A DNA stretch of 64,000 nucleotides from the human T2T-CHM13v2.0 reference genome, Homo sapiens, in the NCBI RefSeq assembly GCF_009914755.1, contig NC_060943.1; one strand, given 5' to 3'. Position 1 is the first letter of the stretch. Every line of letters begins with the position of its first letter. Positions 38,701 to 52,700 of the stretch are shown one piece after another. The notes under the pieces are model-generated. The model was given only the letters and a program-made list of their open reading frames with translations. It ran no database searches and was not told where the DNA came from. A program made the translations under genes and the position numbers.

Positions 38701-41610
38701 CAGAAACTTCTTTGTCATCTGTCCATTCAACTCACAGAGTTGAACCTTCCTTTTTATGGAGCAGTTTTGAAACACTCCTTTTGGAGAATCTGCAAGTGGA
38801 TATTTGGAGCGCTTTGAGGCCTATGGTAGAAAAAGAAATATCTGCCTCTAAAAACCAGACAGAAGCATTCCGAGAAACTTCTTTGTGATGTTTGCATTCA
38901 ACTAGCAGAGTTGAACCTTCCTTTTGATAGGGCAGTTTGGAAACACTCTTTTTGTAGAATCTGCATGTGGATATCTGGAGCGGTTTGAGGCCTACGGTCA
39001 AAAAGGAAATATCTTCCTGGGAAAAATAGACGAAAGCATTCTCAGAAAGTGCTTTGTGATATGTGCATTCGACTCACCGAGTTGAAACTTTTTTTTGATA
39101 GAGCAGTTTTGAAACACTCTGTAGAATCTGAAAGTGGATATTTGGAGCTCTTTGAGGGCTATGGCGGAAAAGAAAATATATTCACATTAAAGTAGACAGC
39201 AGCATTCTCAGAAACTTCTTTAGGATGTTTGCAGTAAACTCACAGAGTTGAACCTACCTTTCCGTAGAGCAGTTTTGAAACACTCTGTTTGTGGGATCCG
39301 CAAGTGGATATTTGGACCGCTTTGAGACCTTTGCTGGAAATGGGAATATCTTCACATATAAACTAGACAGAAGCATTCTCAGAAACTTCTTCATGATGTG
39401 TGCATTCTCCTCCCGAATTTGAATCTTCCTTTTCATGAAGCAGTTTTGAAACACTCTGTTTGTGCAATCCACAATTGGATAATTGGAACGCTTTGATGCC
39501 CATGGTAGAAAAGGAAATATCCTCATATAAAAACTAGACAGAAGGATTCACAGAAAATGCTTTGTGATGTGTGCATTCAAATCACGGAGTTGAATCTTTC
39601 TTTTGTCAGAGCAGTTTTGAAACACTGTTACTGTGGAATCTTCCAGCGGACACTTGGAGCGCTTTGAGGGCTATGGTGGAGAAGGAAATATCTTCACATA
39701 AAAACTAGAAAGAAGCATTCTCAGAAACATTTATGTGAAGCGTGCATTCAACTCACAGAGTTGAACCTTCCTTTTGATACAACAGTTTTGAAACACTCTT
39801 TGGAACAATTGCAGGTGAATCTTTGGAGCGCTTTGAAGCCTTTGTTGGAAATGGGAATATCTTCACACACAAACTAGCCAGAAGCATTCCCAGAAACTTC
39901 TTTGTGATGTGTGCGTTGAACCCAGAGAGATGAACCTTTCCTTTGATAGAGCAGTTTTGAAACGTGTTTTTGTAAGATCGGCAAGCGGATAATTGGCTTC
40001 GCTTTGTGTCCTTTGTTGGAAACGGGAATATCTTCTAATAAAAACTAGACAGAAATATTCTCAGAATCTCCTTTGTGATGTGGGCATTCAACTAACACAG
40101 TTGAACATTTCTTTTCACAGAGCAGTTTTGAAACACTCTTTTGGTAGAATCTGCCAGTGGATATTTGGAGCGCTTGGAGGGCTATTGTGCCAATGGAAAC
40201 ATCTGCCCCTGAAAACTAGACAGAAGCATTCTCAGAAACTACTTCGTGATGTCTGCATTCAACACACAGAGTTGAACATACCTCTTCACAGAGCAGTTTT
40301 GAAAACCTCTTTCTGTAGAATCTGCAAGTGGATATTCGGACCACTTTGAGGCCTTCATAGGAAACAGTAATATCTTCACATAAAAACTAGATAGAAGCAT
40401 TGTCAGAAACTTCTTTGTGATGTGTGAATTCAACTCACAGAGTTGAACCTTCCTTTAATAGAGCAGTTGTGAAACACTCTTTTTCTAGAATCTGCAAGTA
40501 GATATTTGGAGCGCTTTGAGGCCTTCGTTGGAAACCGGAATATCTTCACAGGAAAAGTAGATAGAGGCATTCTCAGAAACTTTTTTGTGATATGTAGATT
40601 CAACTCACAGCGTTGAACCTTTCTTTGGATGGAGCAGTTTTGAAAAACTCTTTTATCGAATCTGCAGGTAGACATTTGGGGTGCTTTGAGGGCTGTGGTG
40701 CAAAAGGAAATGTCTTCCCATAGAAACTAGACTGAAGCATTCTCAGCAACTTCTTGGTGACGTTTGCATTCATCTCACAGTGTTGAACATACCTTTCCAT
40801 AGAGTGGTTTTGAAACACTGTTTTTGTAGAATCGGCAAGTGGATATTTGGACTGCTTTCAGGCCTTCATCGGAAACGGGAATATCTTCACATAAACACTA
40901 GAGAGAAGCATTCTCAGAAACTTCTTTGTCATCTGTCCATTCAACTCACAGAGTTGAACCTTCCTTTTTATGGAGCAGTTTTGAAACACTCCTTTTGGAG
41001 AATCTGCAAGTGGATATTTGGAGCGCTTTGAGGCCTATGGTAGAAAAAGAAATATCTGCCTCTAAAAACCAGACAGAAGCATTCCGAGAAACTTCTTTGT
41101 GATGTTTGCATTCAACTAGCAGAGTTGAACCTTCCTTTTGATAGGGCAGTTTGGAAACACTCTTTTTGTAGAATCTGCATGTGGATATCTGGAGCGGTTT
41201 GAGGCCTACGGTCAAAAAGGAAATATCTTCCTGGGAAAAATAGACGAAAGCATTCTCAGAAAGTGCTTTGTGATATGTGCATTCGACTCACCGAGTTGAA
41301 ACTTTTTTTTGATAGAGCAGTTTTGAAACACTCTGTAGAATCTGAAAGTGGATATTTGGAGCTCTTTGAGGGCTATGGCGGAAAAGAAAATATATTCACA
41401 TTAAAGTAGACAGCAGCATTCTCAGAAACTTCTTTAGGATGTTTGCAGTAAACTCACAGAGTTGAACCTACCTTTCCGTAGAGCAGTTTTGAAACACTCT
41501 GTTTGTGGGATCCGCAAGTGGATATTTGGACCGCTTTGAGACCTTTGCTGGAAATGGGAATATCTTCACATATAAACTAGACAGAAGCATTCTCAGAAAC
41601 TTCTTCATGA
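32750..41610 (+). repeat. Block of about 4 near-identical HOR copies (recent local expansion, U15 end to U19)
   Basis: Shared markers: TTTGTTGG in monomer 1, GGAAACATC, TCAGAAACTTC in monomer 4, CAGTTGTG, TTTCAGG, CTTCATGATG, GTTACTGTGGAATCTTCC and CATTCCCAG. Confidence 0.88.
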
Positions 41611-44600
41611 TGTGTGCATTCTCCTCGCGAATTTGAATCTTCCTTTTCATGAAGCAGTTTTGAAACACTCTGTTTGTGCAATCCACAATTGGATAATTGG
41701 AACGCTTTGATGCCCATGGTAGAAAAGGAAATATCCTCATATAAAAACTAGACAGAAGGATTCACAGAAAATGCTTTGTGATGTGTGCATTCAAATCACG
41801 GAGTTGAATCTTTCTTTTGTCAGAGCAGTTTTGAAACACTGTTTCTGTGGAATCTGCCAGCGGACACTTGGAGCGCTTTGAGGGCTATGGTGGAGAAGGA
41901 AATATCTTCCCATAAAAACTAGAAAGAAGCATTCTCAGAAACATTTATGTGAAGCGTGCATTCAACTCACAGAGTTGAACCTTCCTTTTGATACAACAGT
42001 TTTGAAACACTCTTTTGAACAATTGCAGGTGAATCTTTGGAGCGCTTTGAAGCCTTTGTTGGAAATGGGAATATCTTCACACACAAACTAGCCAGAAGCA
42101 TTCTCAGAAACTTCTTTGTGATGTGTGCGTTGAACCCAGAGAGATGAACCTTTCCTTTGATAGAGCAGTTTTGAAACGTGTTTTTGTAAGATCGGCAAGC
42201 GGATAATTGGCTTCGCTTTGTGTCCTTTGGTGGAAACGGGAATATCTTCTAATAAAAACTAGACAGAAATATTCTCAGAATCTCCTTTGTGATGTGGGCA
42301 TTCAACTAACACAGTTGAACATTTCTTTTCACAGAGCAGTTTTGAAACACTCTTTTGGTAGAATCTGCCAGTGGATACTTGGAGCGCTTGGAGGGCTATT
42401 GTGCCAATGGAAATATCTGCCCCTGAAAACTAGACAGAAGCATTCTCAGAAACTACTTCGTGATGTCTGCATTCAACACACAGAGTTGAACATACCTCTT
42501 CACAGAGCAGTTTTGAAAACCTCTTTCTGTAGAATCTGCAAGTGGATATTCGGACCACTTTGAGGCCTTCATAGGAAACAGTAATATCTTCACATAAAAA
42601 CTAGATAGAAGCATTGTCAGAAAGTTCTTTGTGATGTGTGAATTCAACTCACAGAGTTGAACCTTCCTTTAATAGAGCAGTTTTGAAACACTCTTTTTCT
42701 AGAATCTGCAAGTAGATATTTGGAGCGCTTTGAGGCCTTCGTTGGAAACCGGAATATCTTCACAGGAAAAGTAGATAGAGGCATTCTCAGAAACTTTTTT
42801 GTGATATGTAGATTCAACTCACAGCGTTGAACCTTTCTTTGGATGGAGCAGTTTTGAAAAACTCTTTTATCGAATCTGCAGGTAGACATTTGGGGTGCTT
42901 TGAGGGCTGTGTTGCAAAAGGAAATGTCTTCCCATAGAAACTAGACTGAAGCATTCTCAGCAACTTCTTGGTGACGTTTGCATTCATCTCACAGTGTTGA
43001 ACATACCTTTCCATAGAGTGGTTTTGAAACACGGTTTTTGTAGAATCGGCAAGTGGATATTTGGACTGCTTTGAGGCCTTCATCGGAAACGGGAATATCT
43101 TCACATAAACACTAGAGAGAAGCATTCTCAGAAACTTCTTTGTCATCTGTCCATTCAACTCACAGAGTTGAACCTTCCTTTTTATGGAGCAGTTTTGAAA
43201 CACTCCTTTTGGAGAATCTGCAAGTGGATATTTGGAGCGCTTTGAGGCCTATGGTAGAAAAAGAAATATCTGCCTCTAAAAACCAGACAGAAGCATTCCG
43301 AGAAACTTCTTTGTGATGTTTGCATTCAACTAGCAGAGTTGAACCTTCCTTTTGATAGGGCAGTTTGGAAACACTCTTTTTGTAGAATCTGCATGTGGAT
43401 ATCTGGAGCGGTTTGAGGCCTACGGTCAAAAAGGAAATATCTTCCTGGGAAAAATAGACGAAAGCATTCTCAGAAAGTGCTTTGTGATATGTGCATTCGA
43501 CTCACCGAGTTGAAACTTTTTTTTGATAGAGCAGTTTTGAAACACTCTGTAGAATCTGAAAGTGGATAGTTGGAGCTCTTTGACGGCTATGGCGGAAAAG
43601 AAAATATATTCACATTAAAGTAGACAGCAGCATTCTCAGAAACTTCTTTAGGATGTTTGCAGTAAACTCACAGAGTTGAACCTACCTTTCCGTAGAGCAG
43701 TTTTGAAACACTCTGTTTGTGGGATCCGCAAGGGGATATTTGGACCGCTTTGAGACCTTTGCTGGAAATGGGAATATCTTCACATATAAACTAGACAGAA
43801 GCATTCTCAGAAACTTCTTCGTGATGTGTGCATTCTCCTCCCGAATTTGAATCTTCCTTTTCATGAAGCAGTTTTGAAACACTCTGTTTGTGCAATCCAC
43901 AATTGGATAATTGGAACGCTTTGATGCCCATGGTAGAAAAGGAAATATCCTCATATAAAAACTAGACAGAAGGATTCACAGAAAATGCTTTGTGATGTGT
44001 GCATTCAAATCACGGAGTTGAATCTTTCTTTTGTCAGAGCAGTTTTGAAACACTGTTTCTGTGGAATCTGCCAGCGGACACTTGGAGCGCTTTGAGGGCT
44101 ACGGTGGAGAAGGAAATATCTTCCCATAAAAACTAGAAAGAAGCATTCTCAGAAACATTTATGTGAAGCGTGCATTCAACTCACAGAGTTGAACCTTCCT
44201 TTTGATACAACAGTTTTGAAACACTCTTTTGAACAATTGCAGGTGAATCTTTGGAGCGCTTTGAAGCCTTTGTTGGAAATGGGAATATCTTCACACACAA
44301 ACTAGCCAGAAGCATTCTCAGAAACTTCTTTGTGATGTGCGCATTGAACCCAGAGAGATGAACCTTTCCTTTGATAGAGCAGTTTTGAAACGTGTTTTTG
44401 TAAGATCGGCAAGCGGATAATTGGCTTCGCTTTGTGTCCTTTGGTGGAAACGGGAATATCTTCTAATAAAAACTAGACAGAAATATTCTCAGAATCTCCT
44501 TTGTGATGTGGGCATTCAACTAACACAGTTGAACATTTCTTTTCACAGAGCAGTTTTGAAACACTCTTTTGGTAGAATCTGCCAGTGGATATTTGGAGCG

Positions 44601-47600
44601 CTTGGAGGGCTATTGTGCCAATGGAAATATCTGCCCCTGAAAACTAGACAGAAGCATTCTCAGAAACTACTTCGTGATGTCTGCATTCAACACACAGAGT
44701 TGAACATACCTCTTCACAGAGCAGTTTTGAAAACCTCTTTCTGTAGAATCTGCAAGTGGATATTCGGACCACTTTGAGGCCTTCATAGGAAACAGTAATA
44801 TCTTCACATAAAAACTAGATAGAAGCATTGTCAGAAAGTTCTTTGTGATGTGTGAATTCAACTCACAGAGTTGAACCTTCCTTTAATAGAGCAGTTTTGA
44901 AACACTCTTTTTCTAGAATCTGCAAGTAGATATTTGGAGCGCTTTGAGGCCTTCGTTGGAAACCGGAATATCTTCACAGGAAAAGTAGATAGAGGCATTC
45001 TCAGAAACTTTTTTGTGATATGTAGATTCAACTCACAGCGTTGAACCTTTCTTTGGATGGAGCAGTTTTGAAAAACTCTTTTATCGAATCTGCAGGTAGA
45101 CATTCGGGGTGCTTTGAGGGCTGTGGTGCAAAAGGAAATGTCTTCCCATAGAAACTAGACTGAAGCATTCTCAGCAACTTCTTGGTGACGTTTGCATTCA
45201 TCTCACAGTGTTGAACATACCTTTCCATAGAGTGGTTTTGAAACACTGTTTTTGTAGAATCGGCAAGTGGATATTTGGACTGCTTTCAGGCCTTCATCGG
45301 AAACGGGAATATCTTCACATAAACACTAGAGAGAAGCATTCTCAGAAACTTCTTTGTCATCTGTCCATTCAACTCACAGAGTTGAACCTTCCTTTTTATG
45401 GAGCAGTTTTGAAACACTCCTTTTGGAGAATCTGCAAATGGATATTTGGAGCGCTTTGAGGCCTATGGTAGAAAAAGAAATATCTGCCTCTAAAAACCAG
45501 ACAGAAGCATTCCGAGAAACTTCTTTGTGATGTTTGCATTCAACTAGCAGAGTTGAACCTTCCTTTTGATAGGGCAGTTTGGAAACACTCTTTTTGTAGA
45601 ATCTGCATGTGGATATCTGGAGCGGTTTGAGGCCTACGGTCAAAAAGGAAATATCTTCCTGGGAAAAATAGACGAAAGCATTCTCAGAAAGTGCTTTGTG
45701 ATATGTGCATTCGACTCACCGAGTTGAAACCTTTTTTTGATAGAGCAGTTTTGAAACACTCTGTAGAATCTGAAAGTGGATATTTGGAGCTCTTTGAGGG
45801 CTATGGCGGAAATGAAAATATATTCACATTAAAGTAGACAGCAGCATTCTCAGAAACTTCTTTAGGATGTTTGCAGTAAACTCACAGAGTTGAACCTACC
45901 TTTCCGTAGAGCAGTTTTGAAACACTCTGTTTGTGGGATCCGCAAGTGGATATTTGGACCGCTTTGAGACCTTTGCTGGAAATGGGAATATCTTCACATA
46001 TAAACTAGACAGAAGCATTCTCAGAAACTTCTTCGTGATGTGTGCATTCTCCTCGCGAATTTGAATCTTCCTTTTCATGAAGCAGTTTTGAAACACTCTG
46101 TTTGTGCAATCCACAATTGGATAATTGGAACGCTTTGATGCCCATGGTAGAAAAGGAAATATCCTCATATAAAAACTAGACAGAAGGATTCACAGAAAAT
46201 GCTTTGTGATGTGTGCATTCAAATCACGGAGTTGAATCTTTCTTTTGTCAGAGCAGTTTTGAAACACTGTTTCTGTGGAATCTGCCAGCGGACACTTGGA
46301 GCGCTTTGAGGGCTATGGTTGAGAAGGAAATATCTTCCATAAAAACTAGAAAGAAGCATTCTCAGAAACATTTATGTGAAGCGTGCATTCAACTCACAGA
46401 GTTGAACCTTCCTTTTGATACAACAGTTTTGAAACACTCTTTGGAACAATTGCAGGTGAATCTTTGGAGCGCTTTGAAGCCTTTGTTGCAAATGGGAATA
46501 TCTTCACACACAAACTAGCCAGAAGCATTCTCAGAAACTTCTTTGTGATGTGTGCGTTGAACCCAGAGAGATGAACCTTTCCTTTGATAGAGCAGTTTTG
46601 AAGCGTGTTTTTGTAAGATCGGCAAGTGGATAATTGGCTTCGCTTTGTGTCCCTTGGTGGAAACGGGAATATCTTCTAATAAAAACTAGACAGAAATATT
46701 CTCAGAATCTCCTTTGTGATATGGGCATTCAACTAACACAGTTGAACATTTCTTTTCACAGAGCAGTTTTGAAACACTCTTTTGGTAGAATCTGCCAGTG
46801 GATATTTGGAGCGCTTGGAGGGCTATTGTGCCAATGGAAATATCTGCCCCTGAAAACTAGACAGAAGCATTCTCAGAAACTACTTCGTGATGTTTGCATT
46901 CAACACACAGAGTTGAACATACCTCTTCACAGAGCAGTTTTGAAAACCTCTTTCTGTAGAATCTGCAAGTGGATATTCGGACCACTTTGAGGCCTTCATA
47001 GGAAACAGTAATATCTTCACATAAAAACTAGATAGAAGCATTGTCAGAAAGTTCTTTGTGATGTGTGAATTCAACTCACAGAGTTGAACCTTCCTTTAAT
47101 AGAGCAGTTTTGAAACACTCTTTTTTTAGAATCTGCAAGTAGATATTTCGAGCGCTTTGAGGCCTTCGTTGGAAACCGGAATATCTTCACAGGAAAAGTA
47201 GATAGAGGCATTCTCAGAAACTTTTTTGTGATATGTAGATTCAACTCACAGCGTTGAACCTTTCTTTGGATGGAGTAGTTTTGAAAAACTCTTTTATCGA
47301 ATCTGCAGGTAGACATTTGGGGTGCTTTGAGGGCTGTGGTGCAAAAGGAAATGTCTTCCCATAGAAACTAGACTGAAGCATTCTCAGCAACTTCTTGGTG
47401 ACGTTTGCATGCATCTCACAGTGTTGAACATACCTTTCCATAGAGTGGTTTTGAAACACTGTTTTTGTAGAATCGGCAAGTGGATATTTGGACTGCTTTG
47501 AGGCCTTCATCGGAAACGGGAATATCTTCACATAAACACTAGAGAGAAGCATTCTCAGAAACTTCTTTGTCATCTGTCCATTCAACTCACAGAGTTGAAC

Positions 47601-49718
47601 CTTCCTTTTTATGGAGCAGTTTTGAAACACTCCTTTTGGAGAATCTGCAAGTGGATATTTGGAGCGCTTTGAGGCCTATGGTAGAAAAAGAAATATCTGC
47701 CTCTAAAAACCAGACAGAAGCATTTCGAGAAACTTCTTTGTGATGTTTGCATTCAACTAGCAGAGTTGAACCTTCCTTTTGATAGGGCAGTTTGGAAACA
47801 CTCTTTTTGTAGAATCTGCATGTGGATATCTGGAGCGGTTTGAGGCCTACGGTCAAAAAGGAAATATCTTCCTGGGAAAAATAGACGAAAGCATTCTCAG
47901 AAAGTGCTTTGTGATATGTGCATTCGACTCACCGAGTTGAAACCTTTTTTTGATAGAGCAGTTTTGAAACACTCTGTAGAATCTGAAAGTGGATATTTGG
48001 AGCTCTTTGAGGGCTATGGCGGAAATGAAAATATATTCACATTAAAGTAGACAGCAGCATTCTCAGAAACTTCTTTAGGATGTTTGCAGTAAACTCACAG
48101 AGTTGAACCTACCTTTCCGTAGAGCAGTTTTGAAACACTCTGTTTGTGGGATCCGCAAGTGGATATTTGGACCGCTTTGAGACCTTTGCTGGAAATGGGA
48201 ATATCTTCACATATAAACTAGACAGAAGCATTCTCAGAAACTTCTTCGTGATGTGTGCATTCTCCTCCCGAATTTGAATCTTCCTTTTCATGAAGCAGTT
48301 TTGAAACACTCTGTTTGTGCAATCCACAATTGGATAATTGGAACGCTTTGATGCCCATGGTAGAAAAGGAAATATCCTCATATAAAAACTAGACAGAAGG
48401 ATTCACAGAAAATGCTTTGTGATGTGTGCATTCAAATCACGGAGTTGAATCTTTCTTTTGTCAGAGCAGTTTTGAAACACTGTTTCTGTGGAATCTGCCA
48501 GCGGACACTTGGAGCGCTTTGAGGGCTATGGTGGAGAAGGAAATATCTTCCCATAAAAACTAGAAAGAAGCATTCTCAGAAACATTTATGTGAAGCGTGC
48601 ATTCAACTCACAGAGTTGAACCTTCCTTTTGATACAACAGTTTTGAAACACTCTTTGGAACAATTGCAGGTGAATCTTTGGAGCGCTTTGAAGCCTTTGT
48701 TGCAAATGGGAATATCTTCACACACAAACTAGCCAGAAGCATTCTCAGAAACTTCTTTGTGATGTGTGCGTTGAACCCAGAGAGATGAACCTTTCCTTTG
48801 ATAGAGCAGTTTTGAAACGTGTTTTTGTAAGATCGGCAAGCAGATAATTGGCTTCGCTTTGTGTCCTTTGGTGGAAACGGGAATATCTTCTAATAAAAAC
48901 TAGACAGAAATATTCTCAGAATCTCCTTTGTGATGTGGGCATTCAACTAACACAGTTGAACATTTCTTTTCACAGAGCAGTTTTGAAACACTCTTTTGGT
49001 AGAATCTGCCAGTGGATATTTGGAGCGCTTGGAGGGCTATTGTGCCAATGGAAATATCTGCCCCTGAAAACTAGACAGAAGCATTCTCAGAAACTACTTC
49101 GTGATGTCTGCATTCAACACACAGAGTTGAACATACCTCTTCACAGAGCAGTTTTGAAAACCTCTTTCTGTAGAATCTGCAAGTGGATATTCGGACCACT
49201 TTGAGGCCTTCATAGGAAACAGTAATATCTTCACATAAAAACTAGATAGAAGCATTGTCAGAAAGTTCTTTGTGATGTGTGAATTCAACTCACAGAGTTG
49301 AACCTTCCTTTAATAGAGCAGTTTTGAAACACTCTTTTTCTAGAATCTGCAAGTAGATATTTGGAGCGCTTTGAGGCCTTCGTTGGAAACCGGAATATCT
49401 TCACAGGAAAAGTAGATAGAGGCATTCTCAGAAACTTTTTTGTGATATGTAGATTCAACTCACAGCCTTGAACCTTTCTTTGGATGGAGCAGTTTTGAAA
49501 AACTCTTTTATCGAATCTGCAGGTAGACATTTGGGGTGCTTTGAGGGCTGTGGTGCAAAAGGAAATGTCTTCCCATAGAAACTAGACTGAAGCATTCTCA
49601 GCAACTTCTTGGTGACGTTTGCATTCATCTCACAGTGTTGAACATACCTTTCCATAGAGTGGTTTTGAAACACTGTTTTTGTAGAATCGGCAAGTGGATA
49701 TTTGGACTGCTTTGAGGC

Positions 49719-49735
49719 CTTCGTCGGAAACGGGA
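49719..49735 (+). promoter_or_regulatory. Intact CENP-B box core CTTCGTCGGAAACGGGA (the only one seen in the window; monomer 6 of U23)
   Basis: All 9 essential positions (TTCG....A..CGGG) are present owing to A>G at 49723. The ORF track shows the same change as FPFPTK instead of FPFPMK in ORF 49455..49844. Confidence 0.88.
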
Positions 49736-52700
49736 ATATCTTCACATAAACACTAGAGAGAAGCATTCTCAGAAACTTCTTTGTCATCTGTCCATTCAAC
49801 TCACAGAGTTGTACCTTCCTTTTTATGGAGCAGTTTTGAAACACTCCTTTTGGAGAATCTGCAAGTGGATATTTGGAGCGCTTTGAGGCCTATGGTAGAA
49901 AAAGAAATATCTGCCTCTAAAAACCAGACAGAAGCATTCCGAGAAACTTCTTTGTGATGTTTGCATTCAACTAGCAGAGTTGAACCTTCCTTTTGATAGG
50001 GCAGTTTGGAAACACTCTTTTTGTAGAATCTGCATGTGGATATCTGGAGCGGTTTGAGGCCTACGGTCAAAAAGGAAATATCTTCCTGGGAAAAATAGAC
50101 GAAAGCATTCTCAGAAAGTGCTTTGTGATATGTGCATTCGACTCACCGAGTTGAAACTTTTTTTTGATAGAGCAGTTTTGAAACACTCTGTAGAATCTGA
50201 AAGTGGATAGTTGGAGCTCTTTGACGGCTATGGCGGAAAAGAAAATATATTCACATTAAAGTAGACAGCAGCATTCTCAGAAACTTCTTTAGGATGTTTG
50301 CAGTAAACTCACAGAGTTGAACCTACCTTTCCGTAGAGCAGTTTTGAAACACTCTGTTTGTGGGATCCGCAAGGGGATATTTGGACCGCTTTGAGACCTT
50401 TGCTGGAAATGGGAATATCTTCACATATAAACTAGACAGAAGCATTCTCAGAAACTTCTTCGTGATGTGTGCATTCTCCTCCCGAATTTGAATCTTCCTT
50501 TTCATGAAGCAGTTTTGAAACACTCTGTTTGTGCAATCCACAATTGGATAATTGGAACGCTTTGATGCCCATGGTAGAAAAGGAAATATCCTCATATAAA
50601 AACTAGACAGAAGGATTCACAGAAAATGCTTTGTGATGTGTGCATTCAAATCACGGAGTTGAATCTTTCTTTTGTCAGAGCAGTTTTGAAACACTGTTTC
50701 TGTGGAATCTGCCAGCGGACACTTGGAGCGCTTTGAGGGCTACGGTGGAGAAGGAAATATCTTCCCATAAAAACTAGAAAGAAGCATTCTCAGAAACATT
50801 TATGTGAAGCGTGCATTCAACTCACAGAGTTGAACCTTCCTTTTGATACAACAGTTTTGAAACACTCTTTTGAACAATTGCAGGTGAATCTTTGGAGCGC
50901 TTTGAAGCCTTTGTTGGAAATGGGAATATCTTCACACACAAACTAGCCAGAAGCATTCTCAGAAACTTCTTTGTGATGTGTGCGTTGAACCCAGAGAGAT
51001 GAACCTTTCCTTTGATAGAGCAGTTTTGAAACGTGTTTTTGTAAGATCGGCAAGCGGATAATTGGCTTCGCTTTGTGTCCTTTGGTGGAAACGGGAATAT
51101 CTTCTAATAAAAACTAGACAGAAATATTCTCAGAATCTCCTTTGTGATGTGGGCATTCAACTAACACAGTTGAACATTTCTTTTCACAGAGCAGTTTTGA
51201 AACACTCTTTTGGTAGAATCTGCCAGTGGATATTTGGAGCGCTTGGAGGGCTATTGTGCCAATGGAAATATCTGCCCCTGAAAACTAGACAGAAGCATGC
51301 TCAGAAACTACTTCGTGATGTCTGCATTCAACACACAGAGTTGAACATACCTCTTCACAGAGCAGTTTTGAAAACCTCTTTCTGTAGAATCTGCAAGTGG
51401 ATATTCGGACCACTTTGAGGCCTTCATAGGAAACAGTAATATCTTCACATAAAAACTAGATAGAAGCATTGTCAGAAAGTTCTTTGTGATGTGTGAATTC
51501 AACTCACAGAGTTGAACCTTCCTTTAATAGAGCAGTTTTGAAACACTCTTTTTCTAGAATCTGCAAGTAGATATTTGGAGCGCTTTGAGGCCTTCGTTGG
51601 AAACCGGAATATCTTCACAGGAAAAGTAGATAGAGGCATTCTCAGAAACTTTTTTGTGATATGTAGATTCAACTCACAGCGTTGAACCTTTCTTTGGATG
51701 GAGCAGTTTTGAAAAACTCTTTTATCGAATCTGCAGGTAGACATTTGGGGTGCTTTGAGGGCTGTGGTGCAAAAGGAAATGTCTTCCCATAGAAACTAGA
51801 CTGAAGCATTCTCAGCAACTTCTTGGTGACGTTTGCATTCATCTCACAGTGTTGAACATACCTTTCCATAGAGTGGTCTTGAAACACTGTTTCTGTAGAA
51901 TCGGCAAGTGGATATTTGGACTGCTTTGAGGCCTTCATCGGAAACGGGAATATCTTCACATAAACACTAGAGAGAAGCATTCTCAGAAACTTCTTTGTCA
52001 TCTGTCCATTCAACTCACAGAGTTGAACCTTCCTTTTTATGGAGCAGTTTTGAAACACTCCTTTTGGAGAATCTGCAAGTGGATATTTGGAGCGCTTTGA
52101 GGCCTATGGTAGAAAAAGAAATATCTGCCTCTAAAAACCAGACAGAAGCATTCCGAGAAACTTCTTTGTGATGTTTGCATTCAACTAGCAGAGTTGAACC
52201 TTCCTTTTGATAGGGCAGTTTGGAAACACTCTTTTTGTAGAATCTGCATGTGGATATCTGGAGCGGTTTGAGGCCTACGGTCAAAAAGGAAATATCTTCC
52301 TGGGAAAAATAGACGAAAGCATTCTCAGAAAGTGCTTTGTGATATGTGCATTCGACTCACCGAGTTGAAACTTTTTTTTGATAGAGCAGTTTTGAAACAC
52401 TCTGTAGAATCTGAAAGTGGATAGTTGGAGCTCTTTGACGGCTATGGCGGAAAAGAAAATATATTCACATTAAAGTAGACAGCAGCATTCTCAGAAACTT
52501 CTTTAGGATGTTTGCAGTAAACTCACAGAGTTGAACCTACCTTTCCGTAGAGCAGTTTTGAAACACTCTGTTTGTGGGATCCGCAAGGGGATATTTGGAC
52601 CGCTTTGAGACCTTTGCTGGAAATGGGAATATCTTCACATATAAACTAGACAGAAGCATTCTCAGAAACTTCTTCGTGATGTGTGCATTCTCCTCCCGAA

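Noticed and set aside
46213-46518. Unique 101 aa ORF
   Set aside because: It is created only by the 1-bp deletion at ~46337 joining frames and is not a gene.
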